Made by a program: the position numbers and the translations under genes. A stretch of DNA of 64,000 nt. Source: Dehalococcoidia bacterium. GTDB lineage: Bacteria > Chloroflexota > Dehalococcoidia > GIF9 > UBA5629. A model generated the notes under the pieces. It had not been told where the DNA came from and did no database searches. It was given only the letters and a program-made list of their open reading frames with translations. This document shows, piece by piece, positions 39,243 to 53,073 of this stretch. The stretch covers positions 160,001 through 224,000 of the forward strand of contig JBEKIW010000001.1 of assembly GCA_050011565.1 (NCBI GenBank), read 5' to 3'. Every line of letters begins with the position of its first letter. Within the stretch, counting starts at the first letter, position 1.

Positions 39243-39452
39243 CCTATCCTCTCCCTTGAGGGATGGTAATTTATTATTGATAAGAGGGGCTTCAGCCCCT
39301 CTTTAACGCCCCTGACCTTGCCGTAATGGTTATACCATTTCTTAAGTTAAGTCCACAAGCACAATAGCCTCAGCAGCAGGCGATTGGTGGTTGAGTGCGC
39401 TATGCGGTTGTTAATTGTCAAATTGTTTGTTAGAAATTTCCAATGTTGCTGC

Positions 39453-39489
39453 AAAATAAAAAGGCCCTGGACTCCCAAGTACAGGGCCT
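39453..39489 (-). terminator. intrinsic terminator after tRNA-Met
   Basis: aggccctg...cagggcct hairpin followed by a T-run on the minus strand. Confidence 0.7.
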
Positions 39490-39499
39490 ATCTATTCAT

Positions 39500-39574
<75 letters not shown>

Positions 39575-39611
39575 CCGGTAGTGAAAAAAGTTTTGTACTC
39601 AGCCTGATGTA

Positions 39612-42568
<2,957 letters not shown>

Positions 42569-42592
42569 TACATCAGGTTGAAGACAAAACTT

Positions 42593-42740
42593 TATTCACT
42601 TTTTAAAGTACAAAGCGGCTTGGTGTACACCAAGCCGCACAAGTATACAGTAACAATGACCTTAGGTCAATCAGGTATGCGGTTTAAGTACACCAGCCAT
42701 GTAAAGCTAAAGTATATACCAGCAAGCGATTGGTTGTCAA
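42593..42740 (-). promoter_or_regulatory. dedicated rRNA promoter and leader for 23S
   Basis: TTGACA(42740-35)-18-TATACT(42716-11); hairpin 42615-42638; boxA-like tgtactttaaaaa. Confidence 0.65.
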
Positions 42741-42873
42741 ATGGTCGGCAGGTCGATTTGAACGTGAAAACAGGAACAAAATCAAAAATTAAAAACCAAA
42801 AGTCAAAAGTTCAAGCTAAAAGTTTAAAAAGATCCCCCTCCCTCTAAACTCCCTCCCTCCAGAGTAGGGAGAG

Positions 42874-43356
42874 TTAATTAGTATTCCGGTTATCTGAAAA
42901 AGCGAGTACACCAGGTATTACCAGATTGGCAATGGGTACTATCATCAGTATGCCCAGCCAGGACGGTTTATGGCGAGCTTTAGCTATGGCCATCCAGATG
43001 ATAATTAACAGAACCCAGGAAATGAGTCCTGAAACTATCGTAGCAATTACGAGCGGCGTGAACCACGCTGGAATTTCTCCTCCCCCCATAGCCAAGAACA
43101 TCACCATGACCGATGCGATGGACATGGGAATCGCGAGTACTATCGTGATGCAAAAGAAAACAATCCACCAGCCGGGTTTGCCAGCCACTTTACACATAAG
43201 ATAGATGTTAGCAATGGGTATCCATGCCAGCCACGGATTAGGCGTGCCGGTCTTTTTGGCTATGATATAAAGGCATAACGCGGACCAGACATATATGGCC
43301 ACGTCGATTAGATAACTGGCGCCCAATAGCAGACCTTGAAGAACAGAATCGACCAT
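42874..43356 (-). CDS. membrane protein (DUF5684-like, internally duplicated)
   Basis: IAKK.G...PWLAWIPIANIY and IAKAR.KPSWLGILMIVPIANL repeats. Confidence 0.7.
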   Translation of the reverse strand: MVDSVLQGLLLGASYLIDVAIYVWSALCLYIIAKKTGTPNPWLAWIPIANIYLMCKVAGKPGWWIVFFCITIVLAIPMSIASVMVMFLAMGGGEIPAWFTPLVIATIVSGLISWVLLIIIWMAIAKARHKPSWLGILMIVPIANLVIPGVLAFSDNRNTN

Positions 43357-43392
43357 TTTTCACCCCCCTTTGCAGTCATGCATCATAATAAG

Positions 43393-43917
43393 TTAATGCA
43401 CAGCCGAAAACAAGTCGCCTCCTTTGATTATTATCGCAATCAAGAGTAGCAAGATGATGGCGTAGACAAGGTCAAACCAGATGGCGCTGAGCAGTCTGGC
43501 CAGCTTTATCAGGCCGATGACAGGGAGGCTGAACAGCACCAGAGGATTACGCCGCCAGGCTGTTTTTGAATAGCCCCACAGGTTATCGGCGTCCTGACTG
43601 CTGGGGAAGGAGTGCATGGCTATGGATATGCCGAGCCAGAATAGTATATAGGCGGCTAAACCAAGGGGAAGGATTACGGCGATAGAGAACAAGATTGCGG
43701 AGATAGTTGTGTTGACCAGAAACGGGGCAGTAGCTATAAGAAAAGCCTTGCCGTAGTTATCTACCTGACCGTGGATGACATATCCGGCGGGGTTGCCCAG
43801 CCTGAAATAACATGTTTTGTAGACGGGCACCCGGGTGCGGTCGCAGAAAAATTTGTGGGCCCATTCGTGAAGTATGATGCCGGGGAAGGTGATGAGGGCA
43901 ATCAGCCAGCCGAACAT
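43393..43917 (-). CDS. membrane zinc metalloprotease (DUF3267/M50-like)
   Basis: FPGIILHEWAH, APF, FPSSQD. Confidence 0.75.
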   Translation of the reverse strand: MFGWLIALITFPGIILHEWAHKFFCDRTRVPVYKTCYFRLGNPAGYVIHGQVDNYGKAFLIATAPFLVNTTISAILFSIAVILPLGLAAYILFWLGISIAMHSFPSSQDADNLWGYSKTAWRRNPLVLFSLPVIGLIKLARLLSAIWFDLVYAIILLLLIAIIIKGGDLFSAVH

Positions 43918-43930
43918 AACGGGCTTTCGT

Positions 43931-45598
43931 TTATTCCCACTCTATAGTGGATGGCGGTTTGCTGGTGATATCGTAGACCACACGGTTGACGCCGGGTACT
44001 TCGTTGACGATGCGGCTGGAAATGCGGGCCAGCAGGTCGTGGGGAAGGCGCGCCCAGTCGGCGGTCATGGCGTCCTGACTGGTCACGGCGCGAATAGCTA
44101 CCAGGTAGCCGTAGGTGCGGAAGTCACCCATGACGCCTACGCTTCTGACATCGGTCAGTATGGCAAAGCTTTGCCATAGCTCGCGATACAGCTTTGCCTT
44201 TTTAATCTCGTTCATGACTATCCAATCGGCGGCTCGGAGTATCTCCAGGCGTTCCTTGGTGACTTCTCCGATGATGCGTATGGCCAGTCCCGGACCGGGG
44301 AACGGCTGACGCCAGACCATATCCTCAGGTAAGCCCAGAGCCAGGCCGACCTCACGGACCTCGTCTTTAAACAGGTAGCGCAGCGGCTCAATCAGAGTGA
44401 GTAACATTTTGGCAGGCAAGCCGCCGACATTGTGATGCGTTTTTATTCTGGCGGCAGCCTTGGTTTCTTTGGAGGTGCTTTCAATGACGTCGGGATAAAG
44501 GGTGCCCTGGGCCAGGAAATCTGTTTTGCCCAGTTTGCCGGCTTTGTATTCAAATACCTTGATGAACTCCTGGCCTATGCGTCGCCGCTTGGCCTCAGGG
44601 TCGATTACACTTTTTAAGCGCCTGAGGAATCTGTCGGTGGCATCTACATAGACCACATTCATTTTTAAGTTATTCCGGAAGGTGTTAAGGGCCCGTTCCG
44701 CCTCCTCACGGCGCAGCAGCCCGTTATTGACAAAGATACAGGTCAGTTGATTACCAATAGCCTGATGGATAAGAGTGGCTGCCACCGCCGAGTCGACGCC
44801 GCCGGACAGGGCGCAGATGACTTTGCCGTCCTTCACCTGCTGCTTTATGGTGCTTATGCTCTCGTTAATGAAGCTGCTCGGAGTCCAGGTGCCCTGGCAG
44901 CCGCATATCCGATAAAGGAAGTTTTGAATTATGGTCTTGCCGTTTGGCGTGTGGGCGACTTCAGGGTGAAACTGCAGGCCATAGATATTGGCCTCATTAC
45001 CTATGACTGCAGCGGGCGAGTTTTCAGTGTAAGCCAGAGCCTTGAATCCCGGCGGCATCTCTACTATATGGTCACCGTGGCTCATCCAGACCGGGATAGA
45101 GGTCGGCAGACCGGTAAAGAGCGGCGACTCTTTATCGCTTATGTGTAAAATCGCCTGACCGTATTCGTGCTTGTCAGCCGGTGCTACCTTACCTCCCAAT
45201 TGGTGAGCGATGGCTTGCATTCCGTAACAGATGCCCAGGATAGGTAGCCGACTGGCATAAAGCTGGGCTGGAGCCAGAGGTGCTTTCGACTGGTAGACAC
45301 TGGCCGGACCACCCGAGAGGATGAAACCCTTAGGTTGCAAAGCCGCTATTTTTTCCCACGGTTCATCGTATGGTATCAATTCGCAGTAGACATGGCACTC
45401 GCGGACCCGCCGGGCAATCAGGTGGCTATACTGAGAGCCAAAATCAATGACAGCTATCGCTTCTCGTGTTCCCGGGGATATGGTTTCTACTTTAGCTTTA
45501 AGTTGCTCGCCCTGAAGTTCCTTGGCGATTTCGAGGTAGGTAGAAACTTCGATGTCGTCGCTGGTAGCTACTCGATGGGTTTTTCTCTTTTTTTCCAT
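43931..45598 (-). CDS. guaA: GMP synthase (glutamine-hydrolysing)
   Basis: [45 protein letters not shown]. Confidence 0.97.
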   Translation of the reverse strand: MEKKRKTHRVATSDDIEVSTYLEIAKELQGEQLKAKVETISPGTREAIAVIDFGSQYSHLIARRVRECHVYCELIPYDEPWEKIAALQPKGFILSGGPASVYQSKAPLAPAQLYASRLPILGICYGMQAIAHQLGGKVAPADKHEYGQAILHISDKESPLFTGLPTSIPVWMSHGDHIVEMPPGFKALAYTENSPAAVIGNEANIYGLQFHPEVAHTPNGKTIIQNFLYRICGCQGTWTPSSFINESISTIKQQVKDGKVICALSGGVDSAVAATLIHQAIGNQLTCIFVNNGLLRREEAERALNTFRNNLKMNVVYVDATDRFLRRLKSVIDPEAKRRRIGQEFIKVFEYKAGKLGKTDFLAQGTLYPDVIESTSKETKAAARIKTHHNVGGLPAKMLLTLIEPLRYLFKDEVREVGLALGLPEDMVWRQPFPGPGLAIRIIGEVTKERLEILRAADWIVMNEIKKAKLYRELWQSFAILTDVRSVGVMGDFRTYGYLVAIRAVTSQDAMTADWARLPHDLLARISSRIVNEVPGVNRVVYDITSKPPSTIEWE

Positions 45599-45680
45599 CT
45601 ATTTGTTGGTTGGCTAAAGTATATCACAGCCCGACGCAACGTACTAAGGTTTTTATACGCCATGTAAATAAAAGCAACGA

Positions 45681-45816
45681 CGGTCACCCGTAGGCGGGTG
45701 ACACGTAGTTAAAAATGACACACAAAGAGTAAAATCCCCCTTTACCCCCCTTTTCCTAAGGGGGGTAAAATCAAAGATAAAAAACCAAAAATCGAAATGA
45801 CAGATAAAAATGTAAA
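45681..45816. repeat. mosaic intergenic repeat cluster
   Basis: cggtcacccgtaggcgggtgaca (inverted copy at 30651-30673), CCCC/GGGG hairpin 45731-45766, A-rich heptamer tract 45767-45816. Confidence 0.65.
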
Positions 45817-45878
45817 CATAAGCTGGGCAGCTACATCGTAAAGGTGTTAAAATATAGGCATGCTGCGGGGTTAAATTT

Positions 45879-46811
45879 ATGAAAACCGGAAGACGTTTGG
45901 TTTTACTTCTCAAATGTGGGTTGGCCGTACTTCTAGTGGCCTGCATTGTCGGTTCGGTCACTTATTTCGGCAAGGCTCATGGCGGGCAGGCAAGCCAGCC
46001 GGCACTTAACTTTGAATCTATGAGCCCTATTGAGCGTCAGGCCTGGGATGTGGCTTCGGAGGTGGCAGGAAGCAGCAAAAAAGCTCAGGAGCAGTTCGTC
46101 AGCCAGTTACTCGACCTTTATTACAAGGTCAAAGACCATGACTTCGCCCTTTTCTATACCGCAGGTGGTTGGGGTAAGAAGCCGCTGGAGGCTGATACTC
46201 AGGGGCAGACCTGGCTGGTCGGAATCGAATCTGAGCTGACCAGTCTTGGATATAATTACTGCGAGATTGAGGATATCCGGACAGGGAAGGGCTTATTAGA
46301 TTATTTCTTTGAACTTAAGGAACAACTAACACATTATCCCTCGAAGGCTAAACAACTGGCAGCCAAGATCGATTTTCTAACCGAGCATGTCAGTGGCTTG
46401 AAGGTGATAATTACCGGACAGAGCAATGGCGCCGCCTTTGCCGGTGAAGTAATCAGCCGTCTGCAAGCAAATCCAGAAGTGTATTCTATTCAAATTGGCA
46501 TTCCTTTCTGGCAAAGGGTTTCTAAAACAGCCCGGTCGTTGGTAATAGACAATAATGGAGTCGGAGCCGATTCCCTGACTAAGCTAGATATTGTCAGACT
46601 TGTCAAGGCTAATCTGGTGAGGCTATTTATATTAAACAAGGCGCCTGCTTTCACGCCCTTCGACTGGCTTGTAACCAGGGCGGTCCTGGTCTTTTTACCC
46701 TATAATTTCGGCCTGGGAATGGAGGCGCCGGGACACGACTATCTGTGGCAATATCCCGGCGTTGGGCCGGTGATTGAATCTTTTCTGGTTAAAAATTTCA
46801 GCCTAAAATAG
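45879..46811 (+). CDS. membrane-anchored alpha/beta-hydrolase-like protein
   Basis: N-terminal TM, IITGQSNG (GxSxG), C-terminal PGHDY. Confidence 0.55.
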   Translation: MKTGRRLVLLLKCGLAVLLVACIVGSVTYFGKAHGGQASQPALNFESMSPIERQAWDVASEVAGSSKKAQEQFVSQLLDLYYKVKDHDFALFYTAGGWGKKPLEADTQGQTWLVGIESELTSLGYNYCEIEDIRTGKGLLDYFFELKEQLTHYPSKAKQLAAKIDFLTEHVSGLKVIITGQSNGAAFAGEVISRLQANPEVYSIQIGIPFWQRVSKTARSLVIDNNGVGADSLTKLDIVRLVKANLVRLFILNKAPAFTPFDWLVTRAVLVFLPYNFGLGMEAPGHDYLWQYPGVGPVIESFLVKNFSLK

Positions 46812-46840
46812 TTGACCTTATCATCAAAGGCGGAATCGAA

Positions 46841-47503
46841 GTGGATAATCTATCCGATCATGCAAAGTTACAGGTTGACAGAGCCATCGAAATACTAAAG
46901 GGCGGAGGCATCGTTGTCTTCCCCACGGATACGGTCTACGGGTTGGGAGGTGACGTATTTAATATCGCGGCGATAGAGCGCATTTATAGAGTTAAGCAAC
47001 GCTCCAGGAATTTACCGCTGCCGGTTTTGCTAGCTGATTCAACTCAACTGGCTGATGTCGTCGCCTCGGTGCCTGAAATAGCCCGTTACTTAATGAGGCG
47101 TTTCTGGCCCGGCGGGTTGACCTTAGTGCTGCCGAAAAAGGATACACTTCCCGATATTATTACTGCCGGTAGCAATAAGATAGCGGTAAGAATCCCCGAC
47201 CATGTTGTCCCACTTACCCTTATTCGCGGGTTGGGTGTGCCTATAATTGGAACCAGCGCTAATATAAGCGATAAGCCCAGCCCGGTGACGGCCGAAGAAG
47301 TGGAACAACAAATTGGCAGCCAGGTTGACCTGATTATCGATATGGGTAGATGTCCCGGCGGATTGGAGTCTACAGTGGTTGACGTTACTGGTGAGATACC
47401 CGTCATTTTGCGTCGAGGAGTCATATCCGAAGAAGAGATTATGCGATTGTATAAAGAATATGCGAGGGAGGTAGATAAAAGTGCGCATTGCTCTGGGTTG
47501 TGA
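46841..47503 (+). CDS. tsaC: threonylcarbamoyl-AMP synthase (Sua5/YrdC)
   Basis: FPTDTVYGL, FWPGGLT, AVRIPDH, TSANIS, STVVD. Confidence 0.93.
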   Translation: MDNLSDHAKLQVDRAIEILKGGGIVVFPTDTVYGLGGDVFNIAAIERIYRVKQRSRNLPLPVLLADSTQLADVVASVPEIARYLMRRFWPGGLTLVLPKKDTLPDIITAGSNKIAVRIPDHVVPLTLIRGLGVPIIGTSANISDKPSPVTAEEVEQQIGSQVDLIIDMGRCPGGLESTVVDVTGEIPVILRRGVISEEEIMRLYKEYAREVDKSAHCSGL

Positions 47504-47921
47504 CCATCGCGGTTTAGCGCTTAAGCAGACGATTATGAGTCTCCTGGATGAGTTAGGACATGATTACCAGGATTTCGGCGGCTATAGTACTGACCCTGTG
47601 GATTATCCCGATATTGCCAAACAGGTAGCTGAAGCTGTTGTCTCGGGAGACTTCGACCAGGGGATTCTGATTTGCAGCAGCGGCATAGGCATGAGCATAG
47701 CGGCCAACAAGGTAAAGGGCATAAGGGCGGCTTTATGTTGCGGTACGTTAGGCGCCGACCGGGCACGGCGGCATAACGATGCCAATGTTCTTTGTTTGGG
47801 TCAGGATGCCCTCGATACAGCTTCAGCCCTTGATATCGTAAGAGTATATCTTTCCACCGCTTTTGAGGGCGGCAGGCATTTGCGTCGTCTGGAAAAGATA
47901 CGCGGTCTGGAAGCAGCTTAG
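47481..47921 (+). CDS. rpiB: ribose 5-phosphate isomerase B
   Basis: GCDHRG, DYPD, ICSSGIGMSIAANK, HNDAN, FEGGRH. Confidence 0.95.
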   Translation: MRIALGCDHRGLALKQTIMSLLDELGHDYQDFGGYSTDPVDYPDIAKQVAEAVVSGDFDQGILICSSGIGMSIAANKVKGIRAALCCGTLGADRARRHNDANVLCLGQDALDTASALDIVRVYLSTAFEGGRHLRRLEKIRGLEAA

Positions 47922-48007
47922 CTTGACAATAGCTAGCTGCTATGATAGTTTACTACAATATCCTCACTCTACTGCACTGGCCGTCATTTCAGCATGAGGA
48001 GACAGTT

Positions 48008-49684
48008 TTGAAGACATTGCGTAGTGATAGCGTTAAAAAAGGCATCGAGCGGGCGCCACATCGTGCTTTGCTTCGGGCTGTCGGCGTTAGTCGCGATGAC
48101 TTCTCGAAGCCTTTTGTCGGCGTGGTCAACAGTTTTAATGAGGTTGTGCCTGGCCATATTCATCTGCGAAGCATTGCTGAGGCGGTAAAGTCAGGAATTC
48201 GCAGCCAGGGCGGTGTACCCTTCGAATTCGACACGATCGGTGTTTGTGACGGCATTGCCATGAACCATCCGGGGATGAAGTACAGCCTGCCCAGCCGGGA
48301 ATTGATTGCTGACTCTATAGAGATTATGGTCGAGGCGCACCAGTTTGATGCGCTGGTTTTCATACCGAACTGCGACAAAATCGTGCCCGGCATGCTTATG
48401 GCTGCGGTAAGATTGAATATTCCAGCCATCTTTATCAGTGGCGGCCCGATGCTGGCAGGGCATATGAATCAGGACGGTCAATGCCGAACGGTGGACCTTA
48501 TCTCTGTGTTTAGCGCCGTAGGCAGCGTTGCCAGCGGGAAGATGACGGAGGCTGAGCTTGAGGAAATTGAGATTGCCGCTTGCCCGGGCTGCGGGAGCTG
48601 CTCCGGAATGTATACCGCCAACACCATGAACTGCTTAACCGAGGCGTTGGGCATGGCCTTGCCCGGCAATGGCACCATACCGGCTGTGGACTCAAGGAGA
48701 ATCGTTTTGGCCATGGCGGCAGGTAAGCAAATAATGGCTTTGTGGAAAAAGAACCTGTTACCGAGGGATGTTATTACCAAGGACTCAATTGCCAATGCCT
48801 TCGCCGTCGATATGGCGCTCGGGGGCAGCACGAATTCGGTTTTGCATCTCACAGCGCTGGCCCATGAATCAGGCATCGATTTCCCGCTGTCGGCGATTAA
48901 TAAGATAAGCCAGCGGGTTCCACACATCGTTAAGCTAAGTCCGGTAAGCGATGTCCATATCGAAGACCTCGATTTGGCCGGTGGAATTCCCGCGGTCATG
49001 AATGAGATAGCCGACTTCCTTAATGGCAAGTGTAAGACGGTGTCATTAGCACCGGTGTCGGACATCATAAAGGAAGGTAAAGTTAAAAACCGCGCGGTTA
49101 TCCGTTCGATAGCCGAGCCATTCTCCAAGACCGGTGGTCTGGCAATACTTTTTGGAAACCTGGCGCCTGAAGGAGCAGTGGTCAAGAGCGGTGCAGTTGA
49201 CCCCGAGATGATGGTGCATGAAGGCCCGGCTCGTGTCTTCGACAATGAAGAGGAAGCGACCAAAGGGATAATGAAGGGTGAGATTAAGAAGGGCGATGTC
49301 ATAGTCATTCGATACGAAGGTCCTAAAGGCGGGCCGGGTATGCGCGAAATGCTGACGCCGACCTCGCTGTTGGACGGTATGGGGCTGGATAAGGATGTGG
49401 CACTGATAACGGACGGTAGATTTTCGGGTGGTACCAAAGGAGCTGCCATAGGGCACGTGGCGCCTGAAGCAGCCAGCCGCGGGCCTATAGCCGCAGTTAA
49501 AAAAGGGGATATCATCAGCATAAATATCCCGGAACATAAGCTGGAATTAAAGGTGAGTGACGCAGAGATTAAAAAACGGCTGTCCAGACTACCGGAGTAC
49601 AAGTCTAAGATAAAGACGGGTTACCTGCGCAGATATATTGAAAACGTTGGCTCAGCCAGCACAGGGGCAGTATTCCCTAAATAG
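48008..49684 (+). CDS. ilvD: dihydroxy-acid dehydratase
   Basis: [43 protein letters not shown]; GAGGAG RBS + TTG 48008. Confidence 0.96.
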   Translation: MKTLRSDSVKKGIERAPHRALLRAVGVSRDDFSKPFVGVVNSFNEVVPGHIHLRSIAEAVKSGIRSQGGVPFEFDTIGVCDGIAMNHPGMKYSLPSRELIADSIEIMVEAHQFDALVFIPNCDKIVPGMLMAAVRLNIPAIFISGGPMLAGHMNQDGQCRTVDLISVFSAVGSVASGKMTEAELEEIEIAACPGCGSCSGMYTANTMNCLTEALGMALPGNGTIPAVDSRRIVLAMAAGKQIMALWKKNLLPRDVITKDSIANAFAVDMALGGSTNSVLHLTALAHESGIDFPLSAINKISQRVPHIVKLSPVSDVHIEDLDLAGGIPAVMNEIADFLNGKCKTVSLAPVSDIIKEGKVKNRAVIRSIAEPFSKTGGLAILFGNLAPEGAVVKSGAVDPEMMVHEGPARVFDNEEEATKGIMKGEIKKGDVIVIRYEGPKGGPGMREMLTPTSLLDGMGLDKDVALITDGRFSGGTKGAAIGHVAPEAASRGPIAAVKKGDIISINIPEHKLELKVSDAEIKKRLSRLPEYKSKIKTGYLRRYIENVGSASTGAVFPK

Positions 49685-49693
49685 GAGACATTT

Positions 49694-51394
49694 ATGAAGA
49701 AGACCGGTGCCCAGATTCTATGCGAAAGCCTGCTCAAGGAAGGCGTTGAAGTCATTTTTGGCTTTCCCGGCGGAGCGGTATTGCCTTTGTATGATACTTT
49801 GCCGCAATACCCGAAACTCAGGCATATTCTAGTTCGTCACGAGCAGGCCGCAGCTCATGCTGCCGACGGCTATGCCCGAGCTACGGGAAAAGCCGGTGTA
49901 TGTCTGGCAACCTCAGGTCCGGGAGCTACTAATCTGGTAACTGGAATCGCCAATGCCTGCCTGGATTCATCTCCTGTGGTGGCTATTACCGGTCAGGTAG
50001 CCAGACCTTTCATTGGCAAAGATGCTTTTCAGGAGATAGATATTACCGGCATTACACTGCCTATTACCAAGCACAACTATCTGGTGTCTGATGCTAAGGA
50101 TTTGGCTACGATTGTTAAGGAAGCTTTTTACATAGCCCAAACCGGCAGACCTGGTCCGGTGCTTATCGATATACCGCGTGATGTCTTTCAGCAAGAAGCG
50201 GAGTTTACTTATCCGGAAAAGGTTAATTTGCCCGGGTACAAACCGACGCTCTTCGGACATCCGGCACAGATCAAGAGAGCAGCCGAGGTAATAAACGCCG
50301 CCGAGCGTCCTATCATTATTGCCGGTAGGGGTGTGATAATCTCCAGGGCTTTCGATGCGCTTAAGGGGCTGGCGGAACGTGCGCAGATACCGGTGGTCAC
50401 GACTCTTCTGGGAATCGGCTGTTTTCCAGAAACTCATGTATTAAGCTTTGGTTGGTTGGGTATGCACGGTATGGCTTATGCCAACAAGGCGGTACACCAT
50501 TCCGACGTTATCGTTGCTATCGGGATGCGGTTCGATGACCGGGCTACGGGCGTGGTCAGCCACTTTGCGCCGAAGGCTCGCGTTATTCATATAGATATCG
50601 ACCCGGCTGAGATAGGCAAGAATGTACAGGTTGACGTACCTATTGTCGGTGACGTTAAGAATGTTCTTGAGGTTTTGAATCAGCAAATTGTGCCTCGTGA
50701 ACATCTGGACTGGTTTAATCAAGTGGATAAGTGGCGAGACGAACATCCGGCATTGGAGATCAGGGAATGTGATTCTCTTTTGCCACAGTATGTTATTCGC
50801 CAGATTTATGAGGTCACTAAAGGCGATGCCATTATTGTCACCGGTGTCGGTCAAAATCAGATGTGGGCGGCTCAGTTTTATTTCTATGATAAGCCGAATA
50901 GTTTTATTTCTTCAGGCGGTTTGGGGACTATGGGCTTTGAGCTTCCCGGTGCGATGGGTGCCAAAGTAGGTCAGCCTGATGAAACGGTCTGGTGTATTGC
51001 CGGCGACGGTGGCTTTCAGATGACGATACAGGAATTAGCTACGGTGGTACAGGAAAACATAGCCGTCAAGATAGCTATCATAAACAATGGATTTTTAGGT
51101 ATGGTAAGGCAATGGCAGCAGTTATTTTATGGGCGGCGATACGTTCACACGCCGCTTTCCGGGCCGGATTTCGTTAAGATAGCAGAAGCTTACGGCGTAC
51201 CGGCAATGAGAGTGTCCGATAAGAAGCTGGTGGTCTCATCGATAGAAAAAGCGATGGACCATAACGGCCCGTTCTTGCTGGATTTTGTTGTTGAACCTGA
51301 GGAGAATGTTTTCCCCATAGTACCGCCGGGAGCAGCATTGGTCGATGCTATGGAAATGCCGATTCCAGAAAAAGTGACTCGTTCAAGTAAGTGA
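49694..51394 (+). CDS. ilvB: acetolactate synthase large subunit
   Basis: FGFPGGA, RHEQ, TSGPGATN, GMHG, RFDDR, GDGGFQM, GMVRQWQ. Confidence 0.96.
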   Translation: MKKTGAQILCESLLKEGVEVIFGFPGGAVLPLYDTLPQYPKLRHILVRHEQAAAHAADGYARATGKAGVCLATSGPGATNLVTGIANACLDSSPVVAITGQVARPFIGKDAFQEIDITGITLPITKHNYLVSDAKDLATIVKEAFYIAQTGRPGPVLIDIPRDVFQQEAEFTYPEKVNLPGYKPTLFGHPAQIKRAAEVINAAERPIIIAGRGVIISRAFDALKGLAERAQIPVVTTLLGIGCFPETHVLSFGWLGMHGMAYANKAVHHSDVIVAIGMRFDDRATGVVSHFAPKARVIHIDIDPAEIGKNVQVDVPIVGDVKNVLEVLNQQIVPREHLDWFNQVDKWRDEHPALEIRECDSLLPQYVIRQIYEVTKGDAIIVTGVGQNQMWAAQFYFYDKPNSFISSGGLGTMGFELPGAMGAKVGQPDETVWCIAGDGGFQMTIQELATVVQENIAVKIAIINNGFLGMVRQWQQLFYGRRYVHTPLSGPDFVKIAEAYGVPAMRVSDKKLVVSSIEKAMDHNGPFLLDFVVEPEENVFPIVPPGAALVDAMEMPIPEKVTRSSK

Positions 51395-52008
51395 GTTTAG
51401 AACAGAACGAGAGGAGGACGAGGTCATTGTCTAATACGAAACACACATTAGTTGCGTTAGTAGAAGATAAACCGGGAGTGCTTAACCGGGTGTCAAGCCT
51501 TTTACGTCGACGTAACTTTAACATCGACAGCATAGCTGTAGGACACACCGAGCAACCGAATCTGTCCCGAATGACCATCATCGTGGAAGGCGACGATGCC
51601 AAGGTGGAGCAGGCACGGAAACAACTGGATAAGGTTATAGAAGTGGTTAAGATAGTTGACATAACTAGTAACGAGTCAGTAGCTCGAGAGCTGGCTCTGG
51701 TTAAAGTTAAAGCAACTGCTTCCTCACGCAATGAGATCATCCAGATAGTAGATATTTTTAGGGCTAATATAGTCGATGTCTCTTCTGATTCTGTAATGGT
51801 GGAGGTCACTGGAGATGAAAACAAGGTCAACTCTCTCCTGGAACTTCTGCGTGGCTTTGGTATCAGAGAGATAGCCAGGACGGGTCGCATCGCTGTAACT
51901 CGAGGTGGCGCCGGTCCGTTGCAGGTTGAGGAGCCGAGGGAGACGAAAGTATCAAAGCAATTACCGAAAGCACTGCCGCCGGAAGCCGACATCCCACCGG
52001 ACTGGTAA
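51391..52008 (+). CDS. ilvN: acetolactate synthase small subunit
   Basis: VEDKPGVLNRV..L..RR.FNIDS, RELALVKV, EIARTG; start may be TTG 51427. Confidence 0.95.
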   Translation: MSLEQNERRTRSLSNTKHTLVALVEDKPGVLNRVSSLLRRRNFNIDSIAVGHTEQPNLSRMTIIVEGDDAKVEQARKQLDKVIEVVKIVDITSNESVARELALVKVKATASSRNEIIQIVDIFRANIVDVSSDSVMVEVTGDENKVNSLLELLRGFGIREIARTGRIAVTRGGAGPLQVEEPRETKVSKQLPKALPPEADIPPDW

Positions 52009-52066
52009 CGGCACGAAAATAATCAAATCCGGTAGTACGCATAGAATAAATATTTAAGGAGGTATC

Positions 52067-53059
52067 ATGGCTAAAATTTATTATGAGAAGGACGCCAAGT
52101 TAGACTTACTTAAGGGCAAGAAAATTGGCATCATTGGTTTTGGTTCGCAGGGGCATGCCCATGCCCAGAACCTGAGAGATAGTGGCTGTCAGGTGCTCGT
52201 TGCCGAGGCGAAAGATACCGAGGGCTGGAAGAGCGCCAAAAAGGCAGGCTTCAAGGTGACCGATGCTGCTACAGTCGCCAGGGAAGCAGACATAATCGTC
52301 ATGCTTGTCCCCGATACTCTGCAGCCTAAGGTTTATCGTGAAGCGATTCAAAAGGAGCTGTCATCGGGTAAGATGCTGATGTTTGCCCATGGGTTTAATA
52401 TTCATTTCGGGCAGATTTTACCGCCCTCTAATGTAGATGTGACCATGATTGCGCCAAAGTGTCCGGGGCATATGCTGCGGCGGCTTTATACAGAGGGTAC
52501 GGGGGCGCCGGCTCTGGTGGCTGTATATCAGGATGCTTCGGGCAAGGCGAAAAATATTGCCTTAGCTTATGCCAGAGGCCTGGGTTGCGCTAAGGCCGGT
52601 GTGTTGGAGACCACCTTTGCTGAGGAAACAGAGACCGACCTTTTCGGGGAGCAGACAGTGCTCTGCGGTGGAGTTACCTCTATGGTCAAGGCCGGATTTG
52701 AGACGCTGGTGGAAGCTGGATACCAGCCGGAAATCGCCTATTTCGAATGCTTCCATGAGCTGAAACTTATAGTCGACCTGTTGTATCAGGGTGGCTTAAG
52801 CTATATGCGTTACTCCGTGAGCGATACTGCCGAGTATGGTGATTACACCCGTGGGCCGAGGATCATCGATGAATTGACTAAGGATAGGATGAGACAAATT
52901 CTTGCTGAAATCCAGACCGGCAGCTTTGCCAGGGAGTGGATTCTGGAAAACCAGGCAGGACGTCCCGTATACAATGCTCTGAGGAAAATGGATGCTGAAC
53001 ACCAGATTGAAATCGTGGGTAAGAAATTGAGAAGTATGATGCCATGGCTAAAGACTTAG
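52067..53059 (+). CDS. ilvC: ketol-acid reductoisomerase
   Basis: [39 protein letters not shown]. Confidence 0.97.
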   Translation: MAKIYYEKDAKLDLLKGKKIGIIGFGSQGHAHAQNLRDSGCQVLVAEAKDTEGWKSAKKAGFKVTDAATVAREADIIVMLVPDTLQPKVYREAIQKELSSGKMLMFAHGFNIHFGQILPPSNVDVTMIAPKCPGHMLRRLYTEGTGAPALVAVYQDASGKAKNIALAYARGLGCAKAGVLETTFAEETETDLFGEQTVLCGGVTSMVKAGFETLVEAGYQPEIAYFECFHELKLIVDLLYQGGLSYMRYSVSDTAEYGDYTRGPRIIDELTKDRMRQILAEIQTGSFAREWILENQAGRPVYNALRKMDAEHQIEIVGKKLRSMMPWLKT

Positions 53060-53073
53060 ATTAACGGCGGAAG

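Noticed and set aside
47942-48007. Ile/Val/Leu-rich in-frame extension before ilvD resembling an attenuator leader peptide
   Set aside because: It has no stop of its own, no terminator hairpin, overlaps the likely -10 region, and a good RBS precedes TTG 48008.
48478-49602. 374-aa antisense ORF over ilvD
   Set aside because: Shadow ORF of a conserved sense gene, with no motifs or RBS.
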